Shown here piece after piece: positions 38,401 through 53,400 of a stretch of 64,000 nucleotides of DNA. The notes under the pieces were generated by a model. The model was not told where the DNA came from. It ran no database searches and saw only the letters and a list, made by a program, of their open reading frames with translations. The position numbers were made by a program, and so were the translations under genes. Location of the stretch: assembly GCA_964016885.1 (NCBI GenBank), contig OZ024742.1:8742001-8806000 (forward strand), given 5' to 3'. Each line of letters begins with the position of its first letter. Position 1 is the first letter of the stretch. The DNA is from Eledone cirrhosa (taxonomy: Eukaryota).

Positions 38401-41400
38401 CGTTGGTCAACTGGTATGGTAGATAGTTGTATTGGTAGTCGTTGGTCAACTGGTATGGTAGATAATTGTATTGGTAGTCGTTGGTCAACTAGTATGGTAG
38501 ATAGTTGTATTGGTAGTCGTTGGTCAACTGGTATGGTAGATAGTTGTATTGGTAGTCGTTGGTCAACTACTATGGTAGATAGTTGTATTGGTAGTCGTTG
38601 GTCAACTGGTATGGTAGATAGTTGTATTGGTAGTCGTTGGTCAACTACTATGGTAGATAGTTGTATTGGTAGTCGTTGGTCAACTGGTATGGTAGATAGA
38701 TGTATTGGTAGTCGTTGGTCAACTACTATGGTAGATAGTTGTATTGGTAGTCGTTGGTCAACTACTATGGTAGATAGTTGTATTGGTAGTCGTTGGTCAA
38801 CTGGTATGGTAGATAGTTGTATTGGTAGTCGTTGGTCAACTGGTATGGTAGATAGTTGTATTGGTAGTCGTTGGTCAACTGGTATGATAGATAGTTGTAT
38901 TGGTAGTCGTTGGTCAACTGGTATTGTAGATAGTTGTATTGGTAGTCGTTGGTCAACTGGTATGGTAGATAGTTGTATTGGTAGTCATTTGTCAACTGGT
39001 ATTGTAGATAGTTGTATTGGTAGTCGTTGGTCAACTGGTATGGTAGATAGTTGTATTGGTAGTGGTTGGTCAACTACTATGGTAGATAGTTGTATTGGTA
39101 GTCGTTGGTCAACTACTATGGTAGTTAGTTGCATTGGTAGTCGTTGGTCAACTACTATGGTAGATAGTTGTATTGGTAGTTGTTGGTCAACTACTATGGT
39201 AGATAGTTGTATTGGTAGTCGTTGGTCAACTGGTATGGTAGATAGTTGTATTGGTAGTCGTTGGTCAACTACTACTGTAGATAGTTGTATTGGTAGTCGT
39301 TGGTCAACTACTATGGTAGATAGTTGTATTGGTAGTGGTTGGTCAACTACTATGGTAGATAGTTGTATTGGTAGTCGTTGGTCAACTGGTATGGTAGATA
39401 GTTGTATTGGTAGTCGTTGGTCAACTACTATGGTAGATAGTTGTATTGGTAGTCGTTGGTCAACTGGTATGATAGATAGTTGTATTGGTAGTCGTTGGTC
39501 AACTACTATGGTAGATAGTTGTATTGGTAGTCGTTGGTCAACTACTATGGTAGATAGTTGTATTGGTAGTCGTTGGTCAACTGGTATGATAGATAGTTGT
39601 ATTGGTAGTCGTTGGTCAACTACTATGGTAGATAGTTGTATTGGTAGTCGTTGGTCAACTACTATGGTAGATAGTTGTATTGGTAGTCGTTGGTCAACTA
39701 CTATGGTAGATAGTTGTATTGGTAGTCGTTGGTCAACTGGTATGGTAGATAGTTGTATTGGTAGTCGTTGGTCAACTGGTATGGTAGATACTTGTATTGG
39801 TAGTCGTTGGTCAACTGGTATGGTAGATAGTTGTATTGGTAGTCGTTGGTCAACTGGTATGGTAGATAGTTGTATTGGTAGTCGTTGGTCAACTACTATG
39901 GTAGATAGTTGTATTGGTAGTCGTTGGTCAACTGGTATGGTAGATAGTTGTATTGGTAGTCGTTGGTCACCTGGTATGGTAGATAGTTGTATTGGTAGTC
40001 GTTGGTCAACTACTATGGTAGATAGATGTATTGGTAGTCGTTGGTCAACTACTATGGTAGATAGTTGTATTGGTAGTCGTTGGTCAACTGGTATGGTAGA
40101 TAGTTGTATTGGTAGTCGTTGGTCAACTAGTATGGTACATAGTTGTATTGGTAGTCGTTGGTCAGCTGGTATAGTAGATAGTTGTATGGGTAGTCGTTGG
40201 TCAACTACTATGGTAGATAGTTGTATTGGTAGTCGTTGGTCAACTAGTATGGTACATAGTTGTATTGGTAGTCGTTGATCAACTGGTATGGTAGATAGTT
40301 GTATTGGTAGTCGTTGGTCAACTGGTATGGTAGATAGTTGTATTGGTAGTCGTTGGTCAACTGGTATGGTAGATAGTTGTATTGGTAGTCGTTGGTCAAC
40401 TACTATGGTAGATAGTTGTATTGGTAGTCGTTGGTCAACTACTATGGTAGATAGTTGTATTGGTAGTCGTTGGTCAACTGGTATGGTAGATACTTGTATT
40501 GGTAGTCGTTGGTCAACTGGTATGGTAGATAGTTGTATTGGTAGTCGTTGGTCAACTGGTATGGTAGATAGTTGTATTGGTAGTCGTTGGTCACCTAGTA
40601 TGGTAGATAGTTGTATTGGTAGTCGTTGGTCAACTACTATGGTAGATAGTTGTATTGGTAGTCGTTGGTCAACTGGTATGGTAGATAGTTGTATTGGTAG
40701 TCGTTGGTCAACTAGTATGGTAGATAGTTGTATTGGTAGTCGTTGGTCAACTACTATGGTAGATAGTTGTATTGGTAGTCGTTGGTCAACTGGTATGGTA
40801 GATAGCTGTATTGGTAGTCGTTGGTCAACTAGTATGGTACATAGTTGTATTGGTAGTCGTTGGTCAGCTGGTATAGTAGATAGTTGTATTGGTAGTCGTT
40901 GGTCAACTACTATGGTAGATAGTTGTATTGGTAGTCGTTGGTCAACTAGTATGGTACATAGTTGTATTGGTAGTCGTTGATCAACTGGTATGGTAGATAG
41001 TTGTATTGGTAGTCGTTGGTCAACTGGTATGGTAGATAGTTGTATTGGTAGTCGTTGGTCAACTGGTATGGTAGATAGTTGTATTGGTAGTCGTTGGTCA
41101 ACTACTATGGTAGATAGTTGTATTGGTAGTCGTTGGTAAACTACTATGGTAGATAGTTGTATTGGTAGTCGTTGGTCAACTGGTATGGTAGATAGTTGTA
41201 TTGGTAGTCGTTGGTCAACTGGTATGGTAGATAGTTGTATTGGTAGTCGTTGGTCAACTACTATGGTAGATAGTTGTATTGGTAGTCATTTGTCAACTGG
41301 TATGGTAGATAGTTGTATTGGTAGTCGTTGGTCAACTGGTACGGTAGATAGTTGTATTGGTAGTCGTTGGTCAACTACTATGGTAGATAGTTGTATTGGT

Positions 41401-44400
41401 AGTCGTTGGTCAACTACTATGGTAGATAGTTGTATTGGTAGTCGTTGGTCAACTGGTATGGTAGATAGTTGTATTGGTAGTCGTTGGTCAACTACTATGG
41501 TAGATAGTTGTATTGCTAGTCGTTGGTCAAGTGGTATGGTAGATAGTTGTATTGGTAGTCGTTGGTCAACTGGTATAGTAGATAGTTGTATTGGTAGTCG
41601 TTGGTCAACTGGTATGGTAGATAGTTGTATTGGTAGTCGTTGGTCAACTGGTATGGTAGATAGTTGTATTGGTAGTCGTTGGTCACCTGGTATGGTAGAT
41701 AGTTGTATTGGTAGTCGTTGGTCAACTGGTATGGTAGATAGTTGTATTGGTAGTCGTTGGTCAACTACTATGGTAGATAGTTGTATTGGTAGTCGTTGGT
41801 CAACTACTATGGTAGATAGTTGTATTGGTAGTCGTCTGTCAACTGGTATGGTAGATAGTTGTATTGGTAGTCGTTGGTCAACTACTATGGTAGATAGTTG
41901 TATTGGTAGTCGTTGGTCAAGTACTATGGTAGATAGTTGTATTGGTAGTCGTTGGTCAACTGGTATGGTAGATAGTTGTATTGGTAGTCGTTGGTCAACT
42001 ACTATGGTAGATAGTTGTATTGGTAGTCGTTGGTCAACTACTATGGTAGATAGTTGTATTGGTAGTCGTTGGTCAACTGGTATGGTAGATAGTTGTATTG
42101 GTAGTCGTTGGTCAACTGGTATGGTAGATAGTTGTATTGGTAGTCGTTGGTCAACTGGTATGGTAGATAGTTGTATTGGTAGTCGTTGGTCAACTACTAT
42201 GGTAGATAGTTGTATTGGTAGTCGTTGGCCAACTGGTATGGTAGATAGTTGTATTGGTAGTCGTTGGTCAACTAGTATGGTAGATAGTTGTATTGGTAGT
42301 CGTTGGTCAACTACTATGGTAGATAGTTGTATTGGTAGTCGTTGGTTAATTGGTATGGTAGATAGTTGTATTGGTAGTCGTTGGTCACCTGGTATGGTAG
42401 ATAGTTGTATTGGTAGTCGTTGGTCAACTAGTATGGTAGATAGTTGTATTGGTAGTCGTTGGTCAACTAGTATGGTAGATAGTTGTATTGGTAGTCGTTG
42501 GTCAACTACTATGGTAGATAGTTGTATTGGTAGTCGTTGGTCAACTGGTATGGTAGATAGTTGTATTGGTAGCCGTTGGTCAATTGGTATGGTAGATAGT
42601 TGTATTGGTAGTCATTTGTCAACTGGTATGGTAGATAGTTGTATTGGTAGTCGTTGGTCAACTGGTATGGTAGATAGTTGTATTGGTAGTCGTTGGTCAA
42701 CTACTATGGTAGATAGTTGTATTGGTAGTCGTTGGTTAACTACTATGGTAGATAGTTGTATTGGTAGTCGTTGGTCAACTGGTATGGTAGATAGTTGTAT
42801 TGGTAGTCGTTGGTCAACTACTATGGTAGATAGTTGTATTGCTAGTCGTTGGTCAAGTGGTATGGTAGATAGTTGTATTGGCAGTCGTTGGTCAACTGGT
42901 ATAGTAGATAGTTGTATTGGTAGTCGTTGGTCAACTGGTATAGTAGATAATTGTATTGGTAGTCGTTGGTCAACTGGTATGGTAGATAGTTGTATTGGTA
43001 GTCGTTGGTCACCTGGTATGGTAGATAGTTGTATTGGTAGTCGTTGGTCAACTGGTATGGTAGATAGTTGTATTGGTAGTCGTTGGTCAACTACTATGGT
43101 AGATAGTTGTATTGGTAGTCGTTGGTCAACTACTATGGTAGATAGTTGTATTGGTAGTCGTTGGTCAACTACTATGGTAGATAGTTGTATTGGTAGTCGT
43201 CTGTCAACTGGTATGGTACATAGTTGTATTGGTAGTCGTTGGTCAACTGGTATGGTAGATAGTTGTATTGGTAGTCGTTGGTCAACTACTATGGTAGATA
43301 GTTGTATTGGTAGTCGTTGGTCAACTACTATGGTAGATAGTTGTATTGGTAGTCGTTGGTCAACTGGTATGGTAGATAGTTGTATTGGTAGTCGTTGGTC
43401 AACTACTATGGTAGATAGTTGTATTGGTAGTCGTTGGTCAACTACTATGGTAGATAGTTGTATTGGTAGTCGTTGGTCAACTGGTATGGTAGATAGTTGT
43501 ATTGGTAGTCGTTGGTCAACTACTATGGTAGATAGTTGTATTGGTAGTTGTTGGTCAACTGGTATGGTAGATAGTTGTATTGGTAGTCGTTGGTCAACTG
43601 GTATGGTAGATAGTTGTATTGGTAGTCGTTGGTCAACTACTATGGTAGATAGTTGTATTGGTAGTCGTTGGTCAACTACTATGGTAGATAGTTGTATTGG
43701 TAGTCGTTGGTCAACTGGTATGGTAGATAGTTGTATTGGTAGTCGTTGGTCAACTACTATGGTAGATAGTTGTATTGGTAGTCGTTGGTCAACTACTATG
43801 GTAGATAGTTGTATTGGTAGTCGTTGGTCAACTGGTATGGTAGATAGTTGTATTGGTAGTCGTTGGTCAACTGGTATGGTAGATAGTTGTATTGGTAGTC
43901 GTTGGTCAACTGGTATGGTAGATAGTTGTATTGGTAGTCGTTGGTCAACTACTATGGTAGATAGTTGTATTGGTAGTCGTTGGCCAACTGGTATGGTAGA
44001 TAGTTGTATTGGTAGTCGTTGGTCAACTAGTATGGTAGATAGTTGTATTGGTAGTCGTTGGTCAACTACTATGGTAGATAGTTGTATTGGTAGTCGTTGG
44101 TTAATTGGTATGGTAGATAGTTGTATTGGTAGTCGTTGGTCACCTGGTATGGTAGATAGTTGTATTGGTAGTCGTTGGTCAACTAGTATGGTAGATAGTT
44201 GTATTGGTAGTCGTTGGTCAACTAGTATGGTAGATAGTTGTATTGGTAGTCGTTGGTCAACTACTATGGTAGATAGTTGTATTGGTAGTCGTTGGTCAAC
44301 TGGTATGGTAGATAGTTGTATTGGTAGTCGTTGGTCAATTGGTATGGTAGATAGTTGTATTGGTAGTCGTTGGTCAACTACTATGGTAGATAGTTGTATT

Positions 44401-47400
44401 GGTAGTCGTTGGTCAACTGGTATGGTAGATAGTTGTATTGGTAGTCGTTGGTCAACTAGTATGGTAGATAGTTGTATTGGTAGTCGTTGGTCAACTACTA
44501 TGGTAGATAGTTGTATTGGTAGTCGTTGGTCAACTGGTATGGTAGATAGTTGTATTGGTAGTCGTTGGTCAACTAGTATGGTACATAGTTGTATTGGTAG
44601 TCGTTGGTCAACTACTATGGTAGATAGTTGTATTGGTAGTCATTTGTCAACTGGTATGGTAGATAGTTGTATTGGTAGTCGTTGGTCAACTGGTATGGTA
44701 GATAGTTGTATTGGTAGTCGTTGGTCAACTACTATGGTAGATAGTTGTATTGGTAGTCGTTGGTCAACTACTATGGTAGATAGTTGTATTGGTAGTCGTT
44801 GGTCAACTGGAATGGTAGATAGTTGTATTGGTAGTCGTTGGTCAACTACTATGGTAGATAGTTGTATTGCTAGTCGTTGGTCAACTGGTATGGTAGATAG
44901 TTGTATTGGTAGTCGTTGCTCAACTGGTATAGTAGATAGTTGTATTGGTAGTCGTTGGTCAACTGGTATGGTAGATAGTTGTATTGGTAGTCGTTGGTCA
45001 ACTGGTATGGTAGATAGTTGTATTGGTAGTCGTTGGTCAACTACTATGGTAGATAGTTGTATTGGTAGTCGTTGGTCAACTGGTATGGTAGATAGTTGTA
45101 TTGGTAGTCGTTGGTCAACTAGTATGGTAGATAGTTGTATTGGTAGTCGTTGGTCAACTACTATGGTAGATAGTTGTATTGGTAGTCGTTGGTCACCTGG
45201 TATGGTACATAGTTGTATTGGTAGTCGTTGGTCAACTGGTATGGTAGATAGTTGTATTGGTAGTCGTTGGTCAACTACTATGGTAGATAGTTGTATTGGT
45301 AGTCGTTGGTCAACTACTATGGTAGATAGTTGTATTGGTAGTCGTTGGTCAACTGGTATGGTAGATAGTTGTATTGGTAGTCGTTGGTCAACTGGTATAG
45401 TAGATAGTTGTATTGGTAGTCGTTGGTCAACTGGTATGGTAGATAGTTGTATTGGTAGTCGTTGGTCAACTACTATGGTAGATAGTTGTATTGGTAGTCG
45501 TTGGTCAACTACTATGGTAGATAGTTGTATTGGTAGTCGTTGGTCAACTGGTATGGTAGATAGTTGTATTGGTAGTCGTTGGTCAACTGGTATGGTAGAT
45601 AGTTGTATTGGTAGTCGTTGGTCAACTGGTATGGTAGATAGTTGTATTGGTAGTCGTTGGTCAACTACTATGGTAGATAGTTGTATTGGTAGTCGTTGGC
45701 CAACTGGTATGGTAGATAGTTGTATTGGTAGTCGTTGGTCAACTAGTATGGTAGATAGTTGTATTGGTAGTCGTTGGTCAACTACTATGGTAGATAGTTG
45801 TATTGGTAGTCGTTGGTTAATTGGTATGGTAGATAGTTGTATTGGTAGTCGTTGGTCACCTGGTATGGTAGATAGTTGTATTGGTAGTCGTTGGTCAACT
45901 AGTATGGTAGATAGTTGTATTGGTAGTCGTTGGTCAACTAGTATGGTAGATAGTTGTATTGGTAGTCGTTGGTCAACTACTATGGTAGATAGTTGTATTG
46001 GTAGTCGTTGGTCAACTGGTATGGTAGATAGTTGTATTGGTAGTCGTTGGTCAATTGGTATGGTAGATAGTTGTATTGGTAGTCGTTGGTCAACTACTAT
46101 GGTAGATAGTTGTATTGGTAGTCGTTGGTCAACTGGTATGGTAGATAGTTGTATTGGTAGTCGTTGGTCAACTAGTATGGTAGATAGTTGTATTGGTAGT
46201 CGTTGGTCAACTACTATGGTAGATAGTTGTATTGGTAGTCGTTGGTCAACTGGTATGGTAGATAGTTGTATTGGTAGTCGTTGGTCAACTAGTATGGTAC
46301 ATAGTTGTATTGGTAGTCGTTGGTCAACTACTATGGTAGATAGTTGTATTGGTAGTCATTTGTCAACTGGTATGGTAGATAGTTGTATTGGTAGTCGTTG
46401 GTCAACTGGTATGGTAGATAGTTGTATTGGTAGTCGTTGGTCAACTACTATGGTAGATAGTTGTATTGGTAGTCGTTGGTCAACTACTATGGTAGATAGT
46501 TGTATTGGTAGTCGTTGGTCAACTGGAATGGTAGATAGTTGTATTGGTAGTCGTTGGTCAACTACTATGGTAGATAGTTGTATTGCTAGTCGTTGGTCAA
46601 CTGGTATGGTAGATAGTTGTATTGGTAGTCGTTGCTCAACTGGTATAGTAGATAGTTGTATTGGTAGTCGTTGGTCAACTGGTATGGTAGATAGTTGTAT
46701 TGGTAGTCGTTGGTCAACTGGTATGGTAGATAGTTGTATTGGTAGTCGTTGGTCAACTACTATGGTAGATAGTTGTATTGGTAGTCGTTGGTCAACTGGT
46801 ATGGTAGATAGTTGTATTGGTAGTCGTTGGTCAACTAGTATGGTAGATAGTTGTATTGGTAGTCGTTGGTCAACTACTATGGTAGATAGTTGTATTGGTA
46901 GTCGTTGGTCACCTGGTATGGTACATAGTTGTATTGGTAGTCGTTGGTCAACTGGTATGGTAGATAGTTGTATTGGTAGTCGTTGGTCAACTACTATGGT
47001 AGATAGTTGTATTGGTAGTCGTTGGTCAACTACTATGGTAGATAGTTGTATTGGTAGTCGTTGGTCAACTGGTATGGTAGATAGTTGTATTGGTAGTCGT
47101 TGGTCAACTGGTATAGTAGATAGTTGTATTGGTAGTCGTTGGTCAACTGGTATGGTAGATAGTTGTATTGGTAGTCGTTGGTCAACTGGTATAGTAGATA
47201 GTTGTATTGGTAGTCGTTGGTCAACTGGTATAGTAGATTGTTGTATTGGTAGTCGTTGGTCAACTGGTAAGGTAGATAGTTGTATTGGTAGTCGTTGGTC
47301 ACCTGGTATGGTAGATAGTTGTATTGGTAGTCGTTGGTCAACTACTATGGTAGATAGTTGTATTGGTAGTCTTTGGTCAACTGGTATGGTAGATAGTTGT

Positions 47401-50400
47401 ATTGGTAGTCGTTGGTCAACTACTATGGTAGATAGTTGTATTGGTAGTCGTTGGTCAACTGGTATGGTAGATAGTTGTATTGGTAGTCGTTGGTCAACTA
47501 CTATGGAAGATAGTTGTATTGGTAGTCGTTGGTCAACTGGTATGGTAGATAGTTGTATTGGTATTCGTTGGTCAACTGGTATGGTAGATAGTTGTATTGG
47601 TAGTCGTTGGTCAACTGGTATGGTAGATAGTTGTATTGGTAGTCGTTGGTCAACTACTATGGTAGATAGTTGTATTGGTAGTCGTCTGTCAACTGATATG
47701 GTAGATAGTTGTATTGGTAGTCGTTGGTCAACTAGTATGGTACATAGTTGTATTGGTAGTCGTTGGTCAACTGGTATGGTAGATAGTTGTATTGGTAGTC
47801 GTTGGTCAACTACTATGGTAGATAGTTGTATTGGTAGTCGTTGGTCAACTACTATGGTAGATTGTTGTATTGGTAGTCGTTGGTCAACTGGTATGGTAGA
47901 TAGTTGTATTGGTAGTCGTTGGTCAACTACTATGGTAGATAGTTGTATTGGTAGTCGTTGGTCAACTACTATGGTAGATAGTTTTATTGGTAGTCGTTGG
48001 TCAACTGGTATGGTAGATAGTTGTATTGGTAGGCGTTGGTCAACTGGTATGGTAGATAGTTGTATTGGTAGTCGTTGGTCAACTGGTATGGTAGATAGTT
48101 GTATTGGTAGTCGTTGGTCAACTACTATGGTAGATAGTTGTATTGGTAGTCGTTGGCCAACTGGTATGGTAGATAGTTGTATTGGTAGTCGTTGGTCAAC
48201 TAGTATGGTAGATAGTTGTATTGGTATTCGTTGGTCAACTACTATGGTAGATAGTTGTATTGGTAGTCGTTGGTTAATTGGTATGGTAGATAGTTGTATT
48301 GGTAGTCGTTGGTCACCTGGTATGGTAGATAGTTTTATTGGTAGTCGTTGGTCAACTAGTATGGTAGATAGTTGTATTGGTAGTCGTTGGTCAACTAGTA
48401 TGGTAGATAGTTGTATTGGTAGTCGTTGGTCAACTACTATGGTAGATAGTTGTATTGGTAGTCGTTGGTCAACTGGTATGGTAGATAGTTGTATTGGTAG
48501 TCGTTGGTCAATTGGTATGGTAGATAGTTGTATTGGTAGTCGTTGGTCAACTACTATGGTAGATAGTTGTATTGGTAGTCGTTGGTCAACTACTATGGTA
48601 GATAGTTGTATTGGTAGTCGTTGGTCAACTAGTATGGTACATAGTTGTATTGGTAGTCGTTGATCAACTGGTATGGTAGATAGTTGTATTGGTAGTCGTT
48701 GGTCAACTGGTATGGTAGATAGTTGTATTGGTAGTCGTTGGTCAACTGGTATGGTAGATAGTTGTATTGGTAGTCGTTGGTCAACTAGTATGGTAGATAG
48801 TTGTATTGGTAGTCGTTGGTCAACTACTATGGTAGATAGTTGTATTGGTAGTCGTTGGTCAACTGATATGGTAGATAGTTGTATTGGTAGTCGTTGGTCA
48901 ACTAGTATGGTAGATAGTTGTATTGGTAGTCGTTGGTCAACTACTATGGTAGATAGTTGTATTGGTAGTCGTTGGTCAACTGGTATGGTAGATAGTTGTA
49001 TTGGTAGTCGTTGGTCAACTAGTATGGTACATAGTTGTATTGGTAGTCGTTGGTCAGCTGGTATAGTAGATAGTTGTATTGGTAGTCGTTGGTCAACTAC
49101 TATGGTAGATAGTTGTATTGGTAGTCGTTGGTCAACTAGTATGGTACATAGTTGTATTGGTAGTCGTTGATCAACTGGTATGGTAGATAGTTGTATTGAT
49201 AGTCGTTGGTCAACTGGTATGGTAGATAGTTGTATTGGTAGTCGTTGGTCAACTGGTATGGTAGATAGTTGTATTGGTAGTCGTTGGTCAACTACTATGG
49301 TAGATAGTTGTATTGGTAGTCGTTGGTCAACTACTATGGTAGATAGTTGTATTGGTAGTCGTTGGTCAACTGGTATGGTAGATAGTTGTATTGGTAGTCG
49401 TTCGTCAACTACTATGGTAGATAGTTGTATTGGTAGTCGTTGGTCAACTAGTATGGTAGATAGTTGTATTGGTAGTCGTTGGTCAACTATTATGGTAGAT
49501 AGTTGTATTGGTAGTCGTTGGTCAACTGGTATGGTAGATAGTTGTATTGGTAGTCGTTGGTCAACTACTATGGTAGATAGTTGTATTGGTAGTCGTTGGT
49601 CAACTACTATGGTAGATAGTTGTATTGGTAGTCGTTGGTCAACTGGTATGGTAGATAGTTGTATTGGTAGTCGTTGGTCAACTAGTATGGTAGATAGTTG
49701 TATTGGTAGTCGTTGGTCAATTATTATGGTAGATAGTTGTATTGGTAGTCGTTGGTCAACTGGTATGGTAGATAGTTGTATTGGTAGTCGTTGGTCAACT
49801 ACTATGGTAGATAGTTGTATTGGTAGTCGTTGGTCAACTACTATGGTAGATAGTTGTATTGGTAGTCGTTGGTCAACTGGTATGGTAGATAGTTGTATTG
49901 GTAGTCGTTGGTCAACTACTATGGTAGATAGTTGTATTGGTAGTCGTTGGTCAACTGGTTTGGTAGATAGTTGTATTGGTAGTCGTTGGTCAACTACTAT
50001 GGTAGATAGTTGTATTGGTAGTCGTTGGTCAACTACTATGGTAGATAGTTGTATTGGTAGTCGTTGGTCAACTGGTATGGTAGATAGTCGTATTGGTAGA
50101 CGTTGGTCAACTGGTATGGTAGATACCTGTATTGGTAGTCGTTGGTCAACTGGTATGGTAGATAGTTGTATTGGTAGTCGTTGGTCACCTGGTATGGTAG
50201 ATAGTTGTATTGGTAGTCGTTGGTCAACTACTATGGTAGATAGTTGTATTGGTAGTCGTTGGTCAACTGGTATGGTAGATAGTTGTATTGGTAGTCGTTG
50301 GTCAACTGGTATGGTAGATAGTTGTATTGGTAGTCGTTGGTCAACTTGTATGGTACATAGTAGTATTGGTAGTCGTTGGTCAGCTGGTATAGTAGGTAGT

Positions 50401-53400
50401 TGTATTGGTAGTCGTTGGTCAAACTACTATGGTAGATAGTTGTATTGGTAGTCGTTGGTCAACTAGTATGGTACATAGTTGTATTGGTAGTCGTTGATCA
50501 ACTGGTATGGTAGATAGTTGTATTGGTAGTCGTTGGTCAACTGGTATGGTAGATAGTTGTATTGGTAGTCTTTGGTCAACTGGTATGGTAGATAGTTGTA
50601 TTGGTAGTCGTTGGTCAACTGGTATAGTAGATAGTTGTATTGGTAGTCGTTGGTCAACTGGTATGGTAGATAGTTGTATTGGTAGTCGTTGGTCAACTGG
50701 TATAGTAGATAGTTGTATTGGTAGTCGTTGGTCAACTGGTATAGTAGATTGTTGTATTGGTAGTCGTTGGTCAACTACTATGGTAGATAGTTGTATTGGT
50801 AGTCGTTGGTCAACTAGTATGGTAGATAGTTGTATTGGTAGTCGTTGGTCAACTACTATGGTAGATAGTTGTATTGGTAGTCGTTGGTCAACTGGTATGG
50901 TAGATAGTTGTACTGGTAGTCGTTGGTCAACTACTATGGTAGATAGTTGTATTGGTAGTCGTTGGTCAACTACTATGGTAGATAGTTGTATTAGTAGTCG
51001 TTGGTCAACTGGTATGGTAGATAGTTGTACTGGTAGTCGTTGGTCAACTACTATGGTAGATAGTTGTATTGGTAGTCGTTGGTCAACTACTATGGTAGAT
51101 AGTTGTATTGGTAGTCGTTGGTCAACTGGTATGGTAGATAGTTGTATTGGTAGACGTTGGTCAACTGGTATGGTAGATACTTGTATTGGTAGTCGTTGGT
51201 CAACTGGTATGGTAGATAATTGTATTGGTAGTCGTTGGTCAACTGGTATGGTACATAGTTGTATTGGTAGTCGTTGGTCAACTACTATGGTAGATAGTTG
51301 TATTGGTAGTCGTTGGTCAACTGGTATGGTAGATAGTTCTATTGGTAGTCGTTGGTCAACTACTATGGTAGATAGTTGTATTGGTAGTCGTTGGTCAACT
51401 ACTATGGTAGATAGCCGTATTGGTAGTCGTTGGTCAACTGGTATGGTAGATAGTTGTATTGGTAGTCGTTGGTTAACTGGTATGGTAGATAGTTGTATTG
51501 GTAGTCGTTGGTCACCTGGTATGGTAGATAGTTGTATTGGTAGTCGTTGGTCAACTAGTATGGTAGATAGTTGTATTGGTAGTCGTTGGTCAACTAGTAT
51601 GGTAGATAGTTGTATTGGTAGTCGTTGGTCAACTATTATGGTAGATAGTTGTATTGGTAGTCGTTGGTCAACTGGTATGGTAGATAGTTGTATTGGTAGT
51701 CGTTGGTCAACTAGTATGGTAGATAGTTGTATTGGTAGTCGTTGGTCAACTACTATGGTAGATAATTGTATTGGTAGTCGTTGGTCAACTGGTATGGTAG
51801 ATAGTTGTATTGGTAGTCGTTGGTCAACTAGTATGGTACATAGTTGTATTGGTAGTCGTTGGTCAGCTGGTATAGTAGATAGTTGTATTGGTAGTCGTTT
51901 GTCAACTACTATGGTAGATAGTTGTATTGGTAGTCGTTGGTCAACTAGTATGGTACATAGTTGTATTGGTAGTCGTTGATCAACTGGTATGGTACATAGT
52001 TGTATTGGTAGTCGTTGGTCAACTGGTATGGTAGATAGTTGTATTGGTAGTCGTTGGTCAACTGGTATGGTAAATAGTTGTATTGGTAGTCGTTGGTCAA
52101 CTGGTATGGTAGATAGTTGTATTGGTAGTCGTTGGTCAACTACTATGGTAGATAGTTGTATTGGTAGTCGTTGGTCAACTGGTATGGTAGATAGTTGTAT
52201 TGGTAGTCGTTGGTCAACTGGTATAGTAGATAGTTGTATTGGTAGTCGTTGGTCAACTGGTATAGTAGATTGTTGTATTGGTAGTCGTTGGTCAACTGGT
52301 ATGGTAGATAGTTGTATTGGTAGTCGTTGGTCAACTACTATGGTAGATAGTTGTATTGGTAGTCGTTGGTCAACTACTATGGTAGATAGTTGTATTGGTA
52401 GTCGTTGGTCAACTGGTATGGTAGATAGTTGTATTGGTAGACGTTGGTCAACTGGTATGGTAGATACTTGTATTGGTAGTCGTTGGTCAACTGGTATGGT
52501 AGATAGTTGTATTGGTAGTCGTTGGTCAACTGGTATGGTACATAGTTGTATTGGTAGTCGTTGGTCAACTACTATGGTATATAGTTGTATTGGTAGTCGT
52601 TGGTCAACTGGTATGGTAGATAGTTCTATTGGTAGTCGTTGGTCAACTACTATGGTAGATACTTGTATTGGTAGTCGTTGGTCAACTGGTATGGTAGATA
52701 GTTGTATTGGTAGTCGTTGGTCAACTGGTATGGTACATAGTTGTATTGGTAGTCGTTGGTCAACTACTATGGTAGATAGCCGTATTGGTAGTCGTTGGTC
52801 AACTGGTATGGTAGATAGTTGTATTGGTAGTCGTTGGTTAACTGGTATGGTAGATAGTTTTATTGGTAGTCGTTGGTCACCTGGTATGGTAGATAGTTGT
52901 AGTGGTAGTCGTTGGTCAACTAGTATGGTAGATAGTTGTATTGGTAGTCGTTGGTCAACTAGTATGGTAGATAATTGTATTGGTAGTCGTTGGTCAACTG
53001 GTATGGTAGATAGTTGTATTGGTAGTCGTTGGTCAACTAGTATGGTACATAGTTGTATTGGTAGTCGTTGGTCAGCTGGTATAGTAGATAGTTGTATTGG
53101 TAGTCGTTGGTCAACTACTATGGTAGATAGTTGTATTGGTAGTCGTTGGTCAACTAGTACGGTACATAGTTGTATTGGTAGTCGTTGATCAACTGGTATG
53201 GTAGATAGTTGTATTGGTAGTCGTTGGTCAACTGGTATGGTAGATAGTTGTATTGGTAATCGTTGGTCAACTGGTATGGTAGATAGTTGTATTGGTAGTC
53301 GTTGGTCAACTACTATGGTAGATAGTTGTATTGGTAATCGTTGGTCAACTACTATGGTAGATAGTTGTATTGGTAGTCGTTGGTCAACTGGTATGGTAGA

